The notes under the pieces: model-generated
What the model saw: the letters and a program-made list of their open reading frames with translations, nothing else
Told to the model about the DNA's origin: nothing
The model's database searches: none
Made by a program: the position numbers and the translations under genes
Assembly: GCA_023384575.1 (NCBI GenBank)
Contig: JAHDVP010000005.1
Coordinates: 66,531 to 130,530 of the forward strand
Length of the DNA stretch: 64,000 bases
DNA from: Acidobacteriota bacterium
Lineage (GTDB): Bacteria; Acidobacteriota; Vicinamibacteria; Vicinamibacterales; JAFNAJ01
Reading direction: 5' to 3'
Part shown: positions 17,828-27,414 of the stretch, piece by piece
How positions within the stretch are numbered: position 1 is the stretch's first letter
Layout of the letters: each line of letters starts with the position of its first letter

Positions 17828-18702
17828 CCTGCGACGCCATTCACGACGGAGAGCTCATCGAGGCGTACCTCCTCGGCCACCTCACGGAAGAGGAGCAGGC
17901 CCAGTTCGAAGAGCACTACTTCGGGTGCGATCGGTGTTTTGCGGCCCTCGAGACCGTTCGAGCGCTGCGCACCGAGCTGGGGCAACCGAGCTCGACTGTT
18001 TCGTCGCTGCCGCAGCCGTCTGACGTCCCGGGCTGGCGACGACTGGCTTGGGCGGCCGCGCTCGGAGGCCTTGTCGCCGCGGGCGCGCTGGCGGTCTGGA
18101 TGTCGCGTCCCGGCGCGCTCGATGCCCCTCAGGGTGATCCGCCGGTCGTCGTGGCGGAGGGGCCAGCCGCTCCCGTGCAGCCGGAGAGCCCCGCCCCGGA
18201 GCCCGCCGCGGCGCCGGACGCCACGCCGGCACCGGGCGAGGCGTCCTCGCCGTCAGCTCCGCCGCGTCCTTCGCTGGCGGAGCTGGCGCGCTTCGAGCCG
18301 CCGCCCTTCTTCGCGCTGACCGTGCGCGGCGAGACGCCGGCCCCGGCCGCCGAGGCGTTCCGTGAGGCGATGACGCACTACATGGCCCGCGACTACCCCC
18401 GAGCCGAGGCCGCACTGGCGGCGGTGGTCGAGCGCGATCCCTCGTCGGCTGCAGGGCAGTTCTATCTGGGCATTTCGGCGTTGCGGAACGGTCGTCGCGA
18501 GATCGCCATCCGCGCGCTGCGGGCCACGCTGGCGCTGGGCGAGTCCGCGCACTTCGAAGACGCGAACTTCTTCCTCGCCAAGGCTCATCTCGGCGAGGGG
18601 CAGGTGGCGGCGGCGCGCGTGGCCCTCGACCGGACCATCGGGCTCGCCGGCGATCGCGAAGCAGAAGCGCGCCGGCTGCTCAAGCAGCTCGGCGATCGCT
18701 GA
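17824..18702 (+). CDS. anti-sigma factor (zf-HC2) with TM segment and periplasmic TPR domain
   Basis: ATGA overlap with the sigma gene. N-terminal HxxxCxxC-type motif (EEHYFGCDRCF), one TM segment (LAWAAALGGLVAAGALAVW), Pro/Ala linker, and TPR-like C-terminus. Confidence 0.75.
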   Translation: MTCDAIHDGELIEAYLLGHLTEEEQAQFEEHYFGCDRCFAALETVRALRTELGQPSSTVSSLPQPSDVPGWRRLAWAAALGGLVAAGALAVWMSRPGALDAPQGDPPVVVAEGPAAPVQPESPAPEPAAAPDATPAPGEASSPSAPPRPSLAELARFEPPPFFALTVRGETPAPAAEAFREAMTHYMARDYPRAEAALAAVVERDPSSAAGQFYLGISALRNGRREIAIRALRATLALGESAHFEDANFFLAKAHLGEGQVAAARVALDRTIGLAGDREAEARRLLKQLGDR

Positions 18703-18734
18703 GCGTCGGCGGCAAGACGCCACCGGCGCGGCCG

Positions 18735-20834
18735 TCAGCGCCCGCCCGCCCCTCCGACCCGCTCGCCGTACGTGCCGGCGATCGCACGCAGCATCTTCAC
18801 CTTCACCTCGGTGTTGTCGTACGTGCCCGTGAACTGCAGCGCACCAGGGCCCGAGGCCGACAAGACGACGTCGGTGGCCGTGTGGCCGGAGAACGTGTGC
18901 GGCGTCGCGGTCGTGTCGCCCGGACAGCCCTCGGCCGGCGTACAGAAGTACTCGCCGTTCTCCATCGTGCCCGGCACCAGGAAGCCGGCAACGGCGACAC
19001 CCTCCACCGTCCGGTTGTCGCTCGTCGGCGCGGCGCCGTCGCGTGCCGGATTGGCGACGGCGAGCGGCCGCTCGGGGCCGCCCTCGCGCCCTGGACGGCG
19101 TTCGAGCACGGCTGGTTGCAGGGCCCGACGATTCGAGATCCAGTTCTCGTAGCGGTCGGGCGCGGCTGCCCACCCGAGCAGCAGCTTGCGCGACGGGTCG
19201 GGATGGATGGGATAGCCCTGCTCGTCGACCTCGTAGTTCGTCTCGAGATCCAGCACCTGCTCGGGGGCGTACCGCAGGTTCGCCGCGTAATCGCGCACGG
19301 CCCGCCCCATGGTTTGGGGCGCGTAGCGCTCGTTGCCGACGCCGATGAGGGCGAGCCCGCCGCACTCGTGATCGGCCGTCACGATGACCAGCGTGTCGTT
19401 GGTCGGGTCGTCGTCGCCATTGGTCCGGGCGGCGAACTCGAGGGCCACCTTGACGGCGTTGTCGAGCTCGATCGTGTCCCAGATGGTGCGCTCGGCGTCG
19501 ACGGCGTGGGCCGCCTTGTCGATTGACGCGGCCTCGACCATCAGGTAGAAGCCCTCCGGCGACGAGGCCTCGAGCGACCGCAACGCGAGGCGCGTCATGT
19601 CGTCGAGCATCGGCTGATCGCGCAGGCTCGCGTTGGCATCGGTGGCGAGCTCTTCGCTGTAGCGCCCGGCACCGACTTTGTCGAAGGCCACCGCGAGGTG
19701 GGTCGGATGGAACAGTCCGAGGATGGCGGGCGGCGGGTCCGGCGCGGCAAGCAGCCCTCGCACCTGCGCCGCCGCGGTCACGTGGGTGAAACCGGCGGCT
19801 GTGTACTCGTCGACGAGGTGCCGGCCATCCCGCCGGCCGCCGCGCACTTCCGCCTCCGGACGGAAGTGGCGGGAGCCGCCGCCCATGAGCACGCGCACGC
19901 CGTGATGGTCGCGCTCGTCGAAGAAGCGCGCGGCGATGCCGGCGTACGCGTACCGGTTGGAGGTATGGATCGCGTTGGCGGCCGGCGTCGCGTCGGTGAC
20001 GTCGGCTGTCGTCACGATGCCGACGCCGAACCCGGGTCCGCGCAGCCGGCGCAGCATGGCGGCGAAGTACTCGACGCGCGGGTTGTCGAAGGCGTCGTCG
20101 GGCGTGTTGTCGGGGAAGACGCCCTGCTGGTTGTTGTTGGACTTGTTGCCGGTGACGTAGGCCGCCATGCCCGGCGCCGAGTCGGTGATGACGGCGTTCA
20201 GGGCGGAGGTCATCACCTGGCCGGTGACCTCCATCTGGTCCATCGCGAGCCGGCCGTTCGCGCGCCCGCCCGAGATTCCCCGCGAAACGATCCGCGCGGC
20301 GGTGCGATGGGCGATGCCCATCCCGTCTCCGAGCAGGAAGATGACGTTCCTCGCCCGAGGGCGACCGTTGGGCGCTCCTTGCCAGTCGAACACCTCCACC
20401 TGCACGCTGGCGCTCGCGCCGTCGGCCGTCCGCGCGTGGAGCCGGTAGTTTCCGGAGCGAGCGAACACGTGATCGCGCAGGAGGAAGTTGGAGCTGTGGG
20501 CCGGCGCCGCGCCAGCCCGGTCGCGTGCCGGAAGCGACGCCGCGGTGGCGCCGGTTCCCCCGGCGCCGCGTTCGCCACCCACGCCCGGATCCAGCACGTT
20601 GCGGCCCGTGATCTCCTCGTCCTCGAGGAACACGCGCAGACCCCGGGGCGGCGCGCTCCCCGGACCTGCGGCGCTCGTTGCCTCGACACGGATATCGACG
20701 CGTTGGCCGACGGCGAACGTCGCGCGGTCGGGCGGCATGATCCGGACGAGCGTGTCCGCGCCAGCCGGCGTCGCGGTGACGAGGGCCGTGGTGAACAGAA
20801 AGGTCATTCCCAGCGCAGAAAGACGACAGCTCAT
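18735..20834 (-). CDS. alkaline phosphatase family protein with extra N-terminal beta-rich domain, secreted
   Basis: 699 aa from ATG 20834, with signal MSCRLSALGMTFLFTTALVTATPAGA. PhoA motifs LGDGMG, DSAPGMAAYVTGNK, DKAAHAVD and TADHECGG. Confidence 0.85.
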   Translation of the reverse strand: MSCRLSALGMTFLFTTALVTATPAGADTLVRIMPPDRATFAVGQRVDIRVEATSAAGPGSAPPRGLRVFLEDEEITGRNVLDPGVGGERGAGGTGATAASLPARDRAGAAPAHSSNFLLRDHVFARSGNYRLHARTADGASASVQVEVFDWQGAPNGRPRARNVIFLLGDGMGIAHRTAARIVSRGISGGRANGRLAMDQMEVTGQVMTSALNAVITDSAPGMAAYVTGNKSNNNQQGVFPDNTPDDAFDNPRVEYFAAMLRRLRGPGFGVGIVTTADVTDATPAANAIHTSNRYAYAGIAARFFDERDHHGVRVLMGGGSRHFRPEAEVRGGRRDGRHLVDEYTAAGFTHVTAAAQVRGLLAAPDPPPAILGLFHPTHLAVAFDKVGAGRYSEELATDANASLRDQPMLDDMTRLALRSLEASSPEGFYLMVEAASIDKAAHAVDAERTIWDTIELDNAVKVALEFAARTNGDDDPTNDTLVIVTADHECGGLALIGVGNERYAPQTMGRAVRDYAANLRYAPEQVLDLETNYEVDEQGYPIHPDPSRKLLLGWAAAPDRYENWISNRRALQPAVLERRPGREGGPERPLAVANPARDGAAPTSDNRTVEGVAVAGFLVPGTMENGEYFCTPAEGCPGDTTATPHTFSGHTATDVVLSASGPGALQFTGTYDNTEVKVKMLRAIAGTYGERVGGAGGR

Positions 20835-20895
20835 CAAGGTGGGCTCCGAGAGGTGAAATCGCTCGTCACGGCCGCGAGGTCGCTCGACGGCCCCT

Positions 20896-23637
20896 TCAGT
20901 CGGACTCCGCGCGTGCCACGACCAGCGTGATGTCGTCGTGCCGGGCGGCGTGGCCGACGAACCCGTCGAGTTCGTCGAGCACCGCGTCGTGGACCTCGAC
21001 CGCGCGTCGGTCCCGGTGTCTCTCGATGACGGCCACGAGACGTTCTTCGCCGAAGTCGTCACCGGAGCCGTTCATCGCTTCGGTGACGCCATCGGTGTAG
21101 AGCACGAGGAGGTCGCCCGCCTCGACCCGGCGCGACGCCTCGGCGTAGGTCGCCTTGAGCGACAGGCCGAGCGCCATGCCGGTCGGCATCAGCGGCACCG
21201 GGGGGCCACCGGCCGCGGGGAACAGGAAGGCGGGATTGTGTCCCGCGTTGACGTAGGTCAGCGTCTGTGCGCCGACGTCGTACACCGCGTAGAACAACGT
21301 GGCGAACTTGCTCGGCGCGGTCGAGAGGACCATGAGCCGGTTGACCTCCGAGGCCAGCTGGCCGAGGTCGGTCGACTGCAGGGGGGCGCGACTGCGCAGC
21401 ATGGCCTGCAGGCTCGCCATCAGCAGGGCCGCCGAGATGCCCTTGCCGGTGATGTCGCCGACCGCGAGCCCCAGGCGTTGCGGCCCGAGGTCGAGGTAGT
21501 CGTAGTAGTCGCCGCCGACTTCGCGCGCGGTCCGACAGCTGCCGACGTAGTCGAGTCCGGGCAGCACCGGGCGCACCTGCGGGAAGAGCTCGGCCTGCAC
21601 CTGACGCGCGATCTCGAGCTCGCGCCTGAGCGCCTCCTGTTCGGCCACCAGGCCGATGAGCTGCGCGTACTCGAGCGCCATGCCGAGCTGACCACCCACG
21701 GCACGCAGGAGCGCCCGGTCCTCGCGCGAGTACGCCTCCTCCGAGAGCTTGTCGCCGAGCGAGACCCAGCCGAGCAGACCGTCGGGGGTCATGAGCGGGA
21801 TGAGGACCGCGGTCCCGAGCCACTTGAGCACCTGGTAGGCGCCGGCATGACCGCTTCGGGCGTCCTGGCCCGCGCCGTCGCCGGGCCTCGTCCGCCCCAG
21901 CAACCCAAACGGCATGTCGGGGAGGTCGAGGCCGACGTTGAGGATCTCGTCTCCGCGGCGCGTGCGCTCGAGGATCGCGCGGGCCAGCGAGTCGTCTTGC
22001 GGCAGGGCCTGGGGCGGTCGGTGGGTGACCGGCCAGAGCTCGCCGCTGCGTTCGTCGACCGCGAGCCACGTCACGAGCGCGTGCGGCGTGGTTCGACCGG
22101 CGTCCGCGGGCCGCGCGGCGTCGAACCGTCGCCCGGCCCGGGCGAGGTCCACGTAAACGGCGACGTGACGTGGACGGAGCGCCGAGCCGATGACGTGCGC
22201 GACGGCCTCGACCATCTGTGCCGGCTGGGCGGCGAGCCGCTTCACGAGCGTGCTCACCTGGGAGAGCACCTCCTCGGGCGAGTAGTGGCTTCGATGGAAC
22301 TGGCGGTCGAGGAGCGGCCGCAGGCGCCGGTTCACCCCGCGGAGCGCCAGCGTCACGCCGACCGTGGCGACCGCCGACAAGGCCGCGATGGTGCCCGTCT
22401 GCGCCCTCGGCAGCCACCGCGACAGCGTGGGCCCGACGGCGAAGAACAGCACCGCGAACACGAGCGCGGCCTCGGCGACCAGGACCCCGCGCGACACGAG
22501 GGCGTACTGCACGCCTCGCCGGACGATCATCCCGACGCCGAGCACGCGGTGGCGCACGACGGCGTAGATGAAGGCCAGAGGGAACATCGGCAGCGCGAGC
22601 ACGACCGCCAGGCTCACGCCCAGCGACAGCTGAGGCTCACCCGCCACCATCGAGTAGGTCGCCGCGGCGACGAACGGTCCGAGGCCGACGAGCGCGCCGA
22701 AGAGCAGGATGCCCAGCCGCCGGCGCGCCCCGCGCGTTTCGGCCCCAACGACGTGCGTGAGCAACGAGACCAGGCCGATGCCGAACATCAGCAGGAAGCT
22801 GATGCCGTAGGCCGTCTCGATCCACGACCTCGCGACCACGCGCTCGAAGGCCGTGACCCACTCGAACGACACGAGACTCAGGGCCGTGTACACCTCGATT
22901 GTCAGCACCAGGAGGACGGTCGGGACGGCGAAGGCGTGCTTCAGCCAGGGCAGGCGCAGGTCCAGGCCGGCAGCGCTCGGGAAGAGCAGGAAGAACCGCA
23001 TGAAGAAGTACACGGCGCTCGTGGTGAGGGCGCCGCTCAGCAGGCCGACGACCTCGCGCAGGCCCCGCGGCTGCACGAGCAGGTCGCCCGAGAAGGCTGC
23101 CGAGAACCCGAGGAACAACAGGCTCCCGGTAAACGCCGCATCGTCGTCGGGCCGCAGCAGCGAGATGAGCAGCGCCGTGAAGATGGCGAGCACGGGCACG
23201 AGTCCGTTGAAGGCGAGCGAGACCAGCCGGGTCCGCCACGGCGGCACGAACCCCTCGACGTGGACCGCGACGGGCGTCGGCGTGCCGTCTTCAGACGGCC
23301 GCGACACCACCAGCGTCCACGGCTCGCCGACGGTGAGGCTGGCCATCGCGTCGCCGAGGTCGCCCAGGCTGCGCACGACGAAGCGGCCGCCGCGTGCGTT
23401 GACGATCTCCTGCATCACGTCGCCGACCCGCAGGTCGGCCGCCGCTGCCGGCAACGGAACGCCGGCGAGATCGGTCTGCGCGACCGCCCGCACGACGAAG
23501 CGCCCCTCCTCGATGTCCGCGGCGATGCCGTGGTTCGTGGGGCCCAGCCACCCGGTGAGGGAGCGCGCGATGTCGACGACGCGCCCCGCGAGCAGCAGCG
23601 CGGCGATGACCACGACGAGCGACAGCCGCCTCGTCAT
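20896..23637 (-). CDS. PP2C/SpoIIE-family sensor protein phosphatase (PDZ-like, polytopic membrane, GAF-like and PP2C domains)
   Basis: 913 aa from ATG 23637. C-terminus ARQVQAELFP...REVGGDYYDY...VGDITGKGISAALLMA...YTDGVTEA is a SpoIIE/PP2C domain. About 8-10 hydrophobic helices in the middle. PDZ-like segment LRVGDVMQEIVNARGG after the first TM. Confidence 0.85.
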   Translation of the reverse strand: MTRRLSLVVVIAALLLAGRVVDIARSLTGWLGPTNHGIAADIEEGRFVVRAVAQTDLAGVPLPAAAADLRVGDVMQEIVNARGGRFVVRSLGDLGDAMASLTVGEPWTLVVSRPSEDGTPTPVAVHVEGFVPPWRTRLVSLAFNGLVPVLAIFTALLISLLRPDDDAAFTGSLLFLGFSAAFSGDLLVQPRGLREVVGLLSGALTTSAVYFFMRFFLLFPSAAGLDLRLPWLKHAFAVPTVLLVLTIEVYTALSLVSFEWVTAFERVVARSWIETAYGISFLLMFGIGLVSLLTHVVGAETRGARRRLGILLFGALVGLGPFVAAATYSMVAGEPQLSLGVSLAVVLALPMFPLAFIYAVVRHRVLGVGMIVRRGVQYALVSRGVLVAEAALVFAVLFFAVGPTLSRWLPRAQTGTIAALSAVATVGVTLALRGVNRRLRPLLDRQFHRSHYSPEEVLSQVSTLVKRLAAQPAQMVEAVAHVIGSALRPRHVAVYVDLARAGRRFDAARPADAGRTTPHALVTWLAVDERSGELWPVTHRPPQALPQDDSLARAILERTRRGDEILNVGLDLPDMPFGLLGRTRPGDGAGQDARSGHAGAYQVLKWLGTAVLIPLMTPDGLLGWVSLGDKLSEEAYSREDRALLRAVGGQLGMALEYAQLIGLVAEQEALRRELEIARQVQAELFPQVRPVLPGLDYVGSCRTAREVGGDYYDYLDLGPQRLGLAVGDITGKGISAALLMASLQAMLRSRAPLQSTDLGQLASEVNRLMVLSTAPSKFATLFYAVYDVGAQTLTYVNAGHNPAFLFPAAGGPPVPLMPTGMALGLSLKATYAEASRRVEAGDLLVLYTDGVTEAMNGSGDDFGEERLVAVIERHRDRRAVEVHDAVLDELDGFVGHAARHDDITLVVARAESD

Positions 23638-23644
23638 GCGCCGT

Positions 23645-25177
23645 TCACGAGCTGCCCGTCTCCGACGGCGCGAGACGAGGCGCCACGGCGCGCAAGCCAT
23701 ACCAGCCGCCCACCACGGCGAGGCTCAGGAGCAGCCCGTAGGTCGCGGTGAGACCCGGATTGGTGTGATCGGCGGTGGTGAGCAGCGTGAGACCGAGGTA
23801 CCGAAAGGCGAAGTGCACGGCGAGGGCGGTCGTCGAGGCCGTGACGACGACCCGAGCCGGGAGGGTCCGACCGAACATGCCGAAGAGCACCGGCACGAAC
23901 GTCGCCGCAAACAGCGCGTAAATGCCCTCCTGGGCGAAGAGGGCGACGGAGAGCTGCTTCGAGTGGTGCTGGACGAGCGAGAGCACGAAGGCGAGCACGC
24001 CGAAGCCGACCAGACTGTAGCGGCTCACGCGGAAGGCCGCCTGCATGCGTTCGGCCGGCGTCAGCGCGGCAGGGCGTCTGAGGACCAGGTAGACGTCGTT
24101 GGCGAAGATCGCCGAGATCGCGACGAGCATGCCGTCGAGCGTCGACATGCCGGCGGCCAGGAGGGCCATCGAGATGGCGACACCGATGGCCTGGGGAAAC
24201 GTGTGGAGGATCCACGCAGGGATGACCCCGTCGATGCCCATGCGGTTGGCCGTCGTGTAGGCCGTGATGAACTCTCCGGCTTCGACCCGGGCGAACAGGC
24301 CGCAGAGCAGCACCAGGTTGAAGAGGACCCCGCAGCCGACCGCCACCGCCAGATAGGTGTTCACGTCGCGCTCGCTCTTCACGTACAGCGACTTGATGAT
24401 GAAGTGCGGCTGCACTGCGAGCGCGAAGCCCACGATGAAGTTGACGACGAAGACCTCGAACCACGAACGGAACAGCAGGCTGTCGGGGTGGACCGCGCCG
24501 ACGAGGCGGGAATCGATGGCCGACAGCCGGGCGAGGAAGGTGCCGTCGAACAGGTGTACGCCCGCGCCCACCATCAGCACCGCCACGACCAGCATCATGA
24601 ACCCCTGGGCGGAGTTCGTGTACGCGTGGGCGTAGGTGCCGCCGAAGAAGATGTAGGCGAAGACGAAGACGATCGTGGCCGCCAGTCCGACCTCGAACCC
24701 CCACCCGGGCACCAGGCGCTCGAGGTCGAGCACGACGAGCATGAGGCCTGCCATCGAATAGCAGACGAGCACGACCATCGCGATGAGCAGCAGGTTCACG
24801 AACGCGTAGAAGAGCGTCAGGCCGCGACTCCGGTAGCGTGTCCCGATCCAGTGGGGCACGGTGAGCACCTGCGTCGCCACGCCGTGGCGCCGGAAGCCCT
24901 TCGACAGGATCACGATCCCCAGGGTGAGGCCGAGACCGGCCGACACGCCGTAGCCGAGCACGGCCGACAGCCCGTAGGCGTAGACGATACCGGGGTTGAC
25001 GATGAACGTGGCGGTACTCGTCATCGTGGCGGCGAGCGCGAGGCCGGCCACCCACGGGTTCATGTCACGGTTGCCGACGGCGTACGTCTCGAGCGAGTCG
25101 GTCTTGCGGTGGCCCAGCCACGCGAGGTAGAGCGTGACCACGACGTAGACGAGAAAGAGCGACCAGGCGAGCGCCAT
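23645..25177 (-). CDS. sodium:solute symporter (SSS) family transporter
   Basis: 510 aa with about 13 TM segments. N-terminus YLAWLGHRKTDSLETYAVGNRDMNPWVAGLALAATMTS is typical of SSS. Confidence 0.82.
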   Translation of the reverse strand: MALAWSLFLVYVVVTLYLAWLGHRKTDSLETYAVGNRDMNPWVAGLALAATMTSTATFIVNPGIVYAYGLSAVLGYGVSAGLGLTLGIVILSKGFRRHGVATQVLTVPHWIGTRYRSRGLTLFYAFVNLLLIAMVVLVCYSMAGLMLVVLDLERLVPGWGFEVGLAATIVFVFAYIFFGGTYAHAYTNSAQGFMMLVVAVLMVGAGVHLFDGTFLARLSAIDSRLVGAVHPDSLLFRSWFEVFVVNFIVGFALAVQPHFIIKSLYVKSERDVNTYLAVAVGCGVLFNLVLLCGLFARVEAGEFITAYTTANRMGIDGVIPAWILHTFPQAIGVAISMALLAAGMSTLDGMLVAISAIFANDVYLVLRRPAALTPAERMQAAFRVSRYSLVGFGVLAFVLSLVQHHSKQLSVALFAQEGIYALFAATFVPVLFGMFGRTLPARVVVTASTTALAVHFAFRYLGLTLLTTADHTNPGLTATYGLLLSLAVVGGWYGLRAVAPRLAPSETGSS

Positions 25178-25339
25178 GCGTGCCGACGATCATAGCGCAG
25201 GCGAGCTCGCGCAGGTCGCTCACGAGGACGCCGCGTCGGCCCGCCTCCAGCCACCAGTCGGATCATCGGATTGCACGCAACCCCGGTCTCCGACCGGGCG
25301 TCGAAGAGCCGACGTGGCGTGGCCATCAGCGCCGGCGGC

Positions 25340-25756
25340 TCATCGCCCGTCGACGATCAGGAAGACCCAGGTGCCGGCAATCGCGAGCCACGCCAGCAGG
25401 CGAAGGCCGTGGCGCTCGGCCGCGTCGGGACGCAGCCGGAGTCGAGGCAGTCGCAGCAGCGATGCGACGGCCCCGTGGGCCAGCCACGGGATGCTGAGAG
25501 TGACGGCGAGGGTCGTCAGCGGATTGAAACGGAAGGCGGCCAGCCACCGCCCTTCGCCGAGCGCGAGGAGCGCACGCGTCGAGCCGCACGTGGGGCAGGG
25601 CACGCCGGCCAGCGCCGACAGCGGACAGACGAGGGGCGGAGTAAGCGGGGTGAGCGCCAAGATGGCCAGCAGGCCGGCGGCGGCCAGCCCCACGGCGCTC
25701 CACAAGAGCTCGTGGTCGAGCTCGCCCGGGCCGAGACGCCGCCATTCGACCGTCAT
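25340..25756 (-). CDS. DUF2752 domain-containing membrane protein
   Basis: 138 aa from ATG 25756. Signature CPLSALAGVPCPTCGSTRA...FRFNPL. Confidence 0.7.
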   Translation of the reverse strand: MTVEWRRLGPGELDHELLWSAVGLAAAGLLAILALTPLTPPLVCPLSALAGVPCPTCGSTRALLALGEGRWLAAFRFNPLTTLAVTLSIPWLAHGAVASLLRLPRLRLRPDAAERHGLRLLAWLAIAGTWVFLIVDGR

Positions 25757-25808
25757 CGGTCGGCCCGCGGGACCGGTCGGCGATCGACCAGCACCTGCCC
25801 CCGGTGGT

Positions 25809-26495
25809 TCACTGCGCCCCGGCCAGCGCCGCGCCGATGCCGAGGGCCGCCACGCCGAAGACCATCGCCACGAACAGAATGCCGAGGCCGCAGCAGACGA
25901 CGACCGGCACGAGTACCGCGACGGCGGCCTTGCCGATTGGCGTCTCATGGGTCTCGCTGAGGCCGATGATGCTGAAGGCCAGGGCCGCGGCCGCGCCGAT
26001 GACGCCACCGCACCAGGGCACCACGTAGGCGAGGGAGGTCGTGCCGCTCGTGTACGACGCGACGCGGAAGGTGGCTTCAAACGGCTGGTTGGCCCCGCCA
26101 AGCAGCGAGAGGACGAGGTGGAGGATGCCGCTCCACAGGAACAGCCCGACGACCACCGCCACGGGCAGCACGAAGACCATGACGAAGAACCCGCCGACGG
26201 CCTCTCCGATACCTCCGCCAAACGGCGTGAACATCTGGTACACGAGGACCATCAGCCAGCCGATGGTGTTGCCGAGGAACGCGTAGACGAGTGGCTGTCC
26301 AAGCCCACCCTCCCGCCGCATCGTCTGGAAGAACCCCCGCGCATCGGTGACGAGTGCCCTGACGGTGTTCACGTAGCGGTCGACGAGCGTGCCGTCCCGT
26401 TCCCACGCGGGACCGGTGCGGGCCGACGAGGGCGGGGGAGGAGGCGGCGAGAACGGTGGCGGTGTCGGCGGTTCGAAGCCCGGTCCGTCAGTCAT
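25809..26495 (-). CDS. Yip1-like polytopic membrane protein with proline-rich N-terminus
   Basis: 228 aa from ATG 26495. PPTPPPFSPPPPPPS leader, then 5 TM segments with a Yip1-like layout (FFQTMRREGGLGQPLVYAFLGNTIGWL...). Confidence 0.55.
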   Translation of the reverse strand: MTDGPGFEPPTPPPFSPPPPPPSSARTGPAWERDGTLVDRYVNTVRALVTDARGFFQTMRREGGLGQPLVYAFLGNTIGWLMVLVYQMFTPFGGGIGEAVGGFFVMVFVLPVAVVVGLFLWSGILHLVLSLLGGANQPFEATFRVASYTSGTTSLAYVVPWCGGVIGAAAALAFSIIGLSETHETPIGKAAVAVLVPVVVCCGLGILFVAMVFGVAALGIGAALAGAQ

Positions 26496-26565
26496 GGTCG
26501 CTCCTTGTGGCGGGCACGCGCGGCCCGAGCGAGACGGTATCACATTCGCCGCGTATACTCCCTGC

Positions 26566-27399
26566 GTGAGCCGTGACGTGACCGAGGCCGGTATCCTGGC
26601 CTCCCTGTTCATCGGTGACGAGCGCGCCCCGCTGCGGATGCTGGGGCTGCACGGCATCTTCGGGCGCGGCCGCAACTGGACGACCATCGCGCAGCGCGTC
26701 AGCAGGCGGCGGCCCGAGTGGGCGCACCTGCTGCTCGACCTCCGCCATCACGGAGGGTCGCCCGACCTCGCCTCGCCGCATACCGTCGAAGCCGCCGCGG
26801 CCGATGTCGCCCGGTTCGAAGAGGCGTACGGCTTCTACGCTGGCGCCGTCCTCGGCCACTCCTTCGGGGGCAAGGTCGCGCTCGTGCACGCGGCGCGGGG
26901 CCACGATCAGTTGATGCAGGCCTGGGTCGTCGACTCGACGCCCGAGGCGCGGGACCCGTCGGGCAGCGCGTGGCGGATGATCGAGGTCGTTCGCGGCCTG
27001 CCGCCCGCCTTCGCCTCGCGCGCCGAGGCGGCCGGCGCCCTGGTCGATCGAGGCTACGCCCCACACGTGGCCTCGTGGATGGCGTCGAATCTCGTCCATC
27101 GCGCGGGCGCCTACCGGTGGCGCCTCGACTTCGACGTGATGGAGGCCCTGCTCTCGGACTTTTTCTCACGCGACCTCTGGCCCGTGGTCGAGTCGCCGCC
27201 CGAGGGCCTCGAGATCCACTTCGTCAAGGGTGAGCAGTCGACCGTCCTGAGCGAAGAGGCGTGCGCGCGCATCGAGCATCTGTCGGCCGAGCGCGGCCAG
27301 GTGTTCCTGCACCGCGTGCGAGGCGGGCACTGGCTCCACGCGGAGAACCCGGACGCGGTCGTCAACCTGCTCGCGCACCACCTGCCGCAGCTTGCGTGA
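26566..27399 (+). CDS. alpha/beta hydrolase
   Basis: LGLHGIFGRGRNW oxyanion region, nucleophile elbow GHSFGG, C-terminal GGHWLHAENP. GTG 26566 was chosen because the ATG at 26638 would remove the first beta strand. Confidence 0.8.
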   Translation: MSRDVTEAGILASLFIGDERAPLRMLGLHGIFGRGRNWTTIAQRVSRRRPEWAHLLLDLRHHGGSPDLASPHTVEAAAADVARFEEAYGFYAGAVLGHSFGGKVALVHAARGHDQLMQAWVVDSTPEARDPSGSAWRMIEVVRGLPPAFASRAEAAGALVDRGYAPHVASWMASNLVHRAGAYRWRLDFDVMEALLSDFFSRDLWPVVESPPEGLEIHFVKGEQSTVLSEEACARIEHLSAERGQVFLHRVRGGHWLHAENPDAVVNLLAHHLPQLA

Positions 27400-27414
27400 G
27401 GCGGCCCCTGCCGC

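Noticed and set aside
20938-23751. 937-aa ORF antisense to the SpoIIE phosphatase gene.
   Set aside because: It is a shadow ORF of a well-supported gene, with Arg/Glu/Asp/His-rich low-complexity translation and no motifs.
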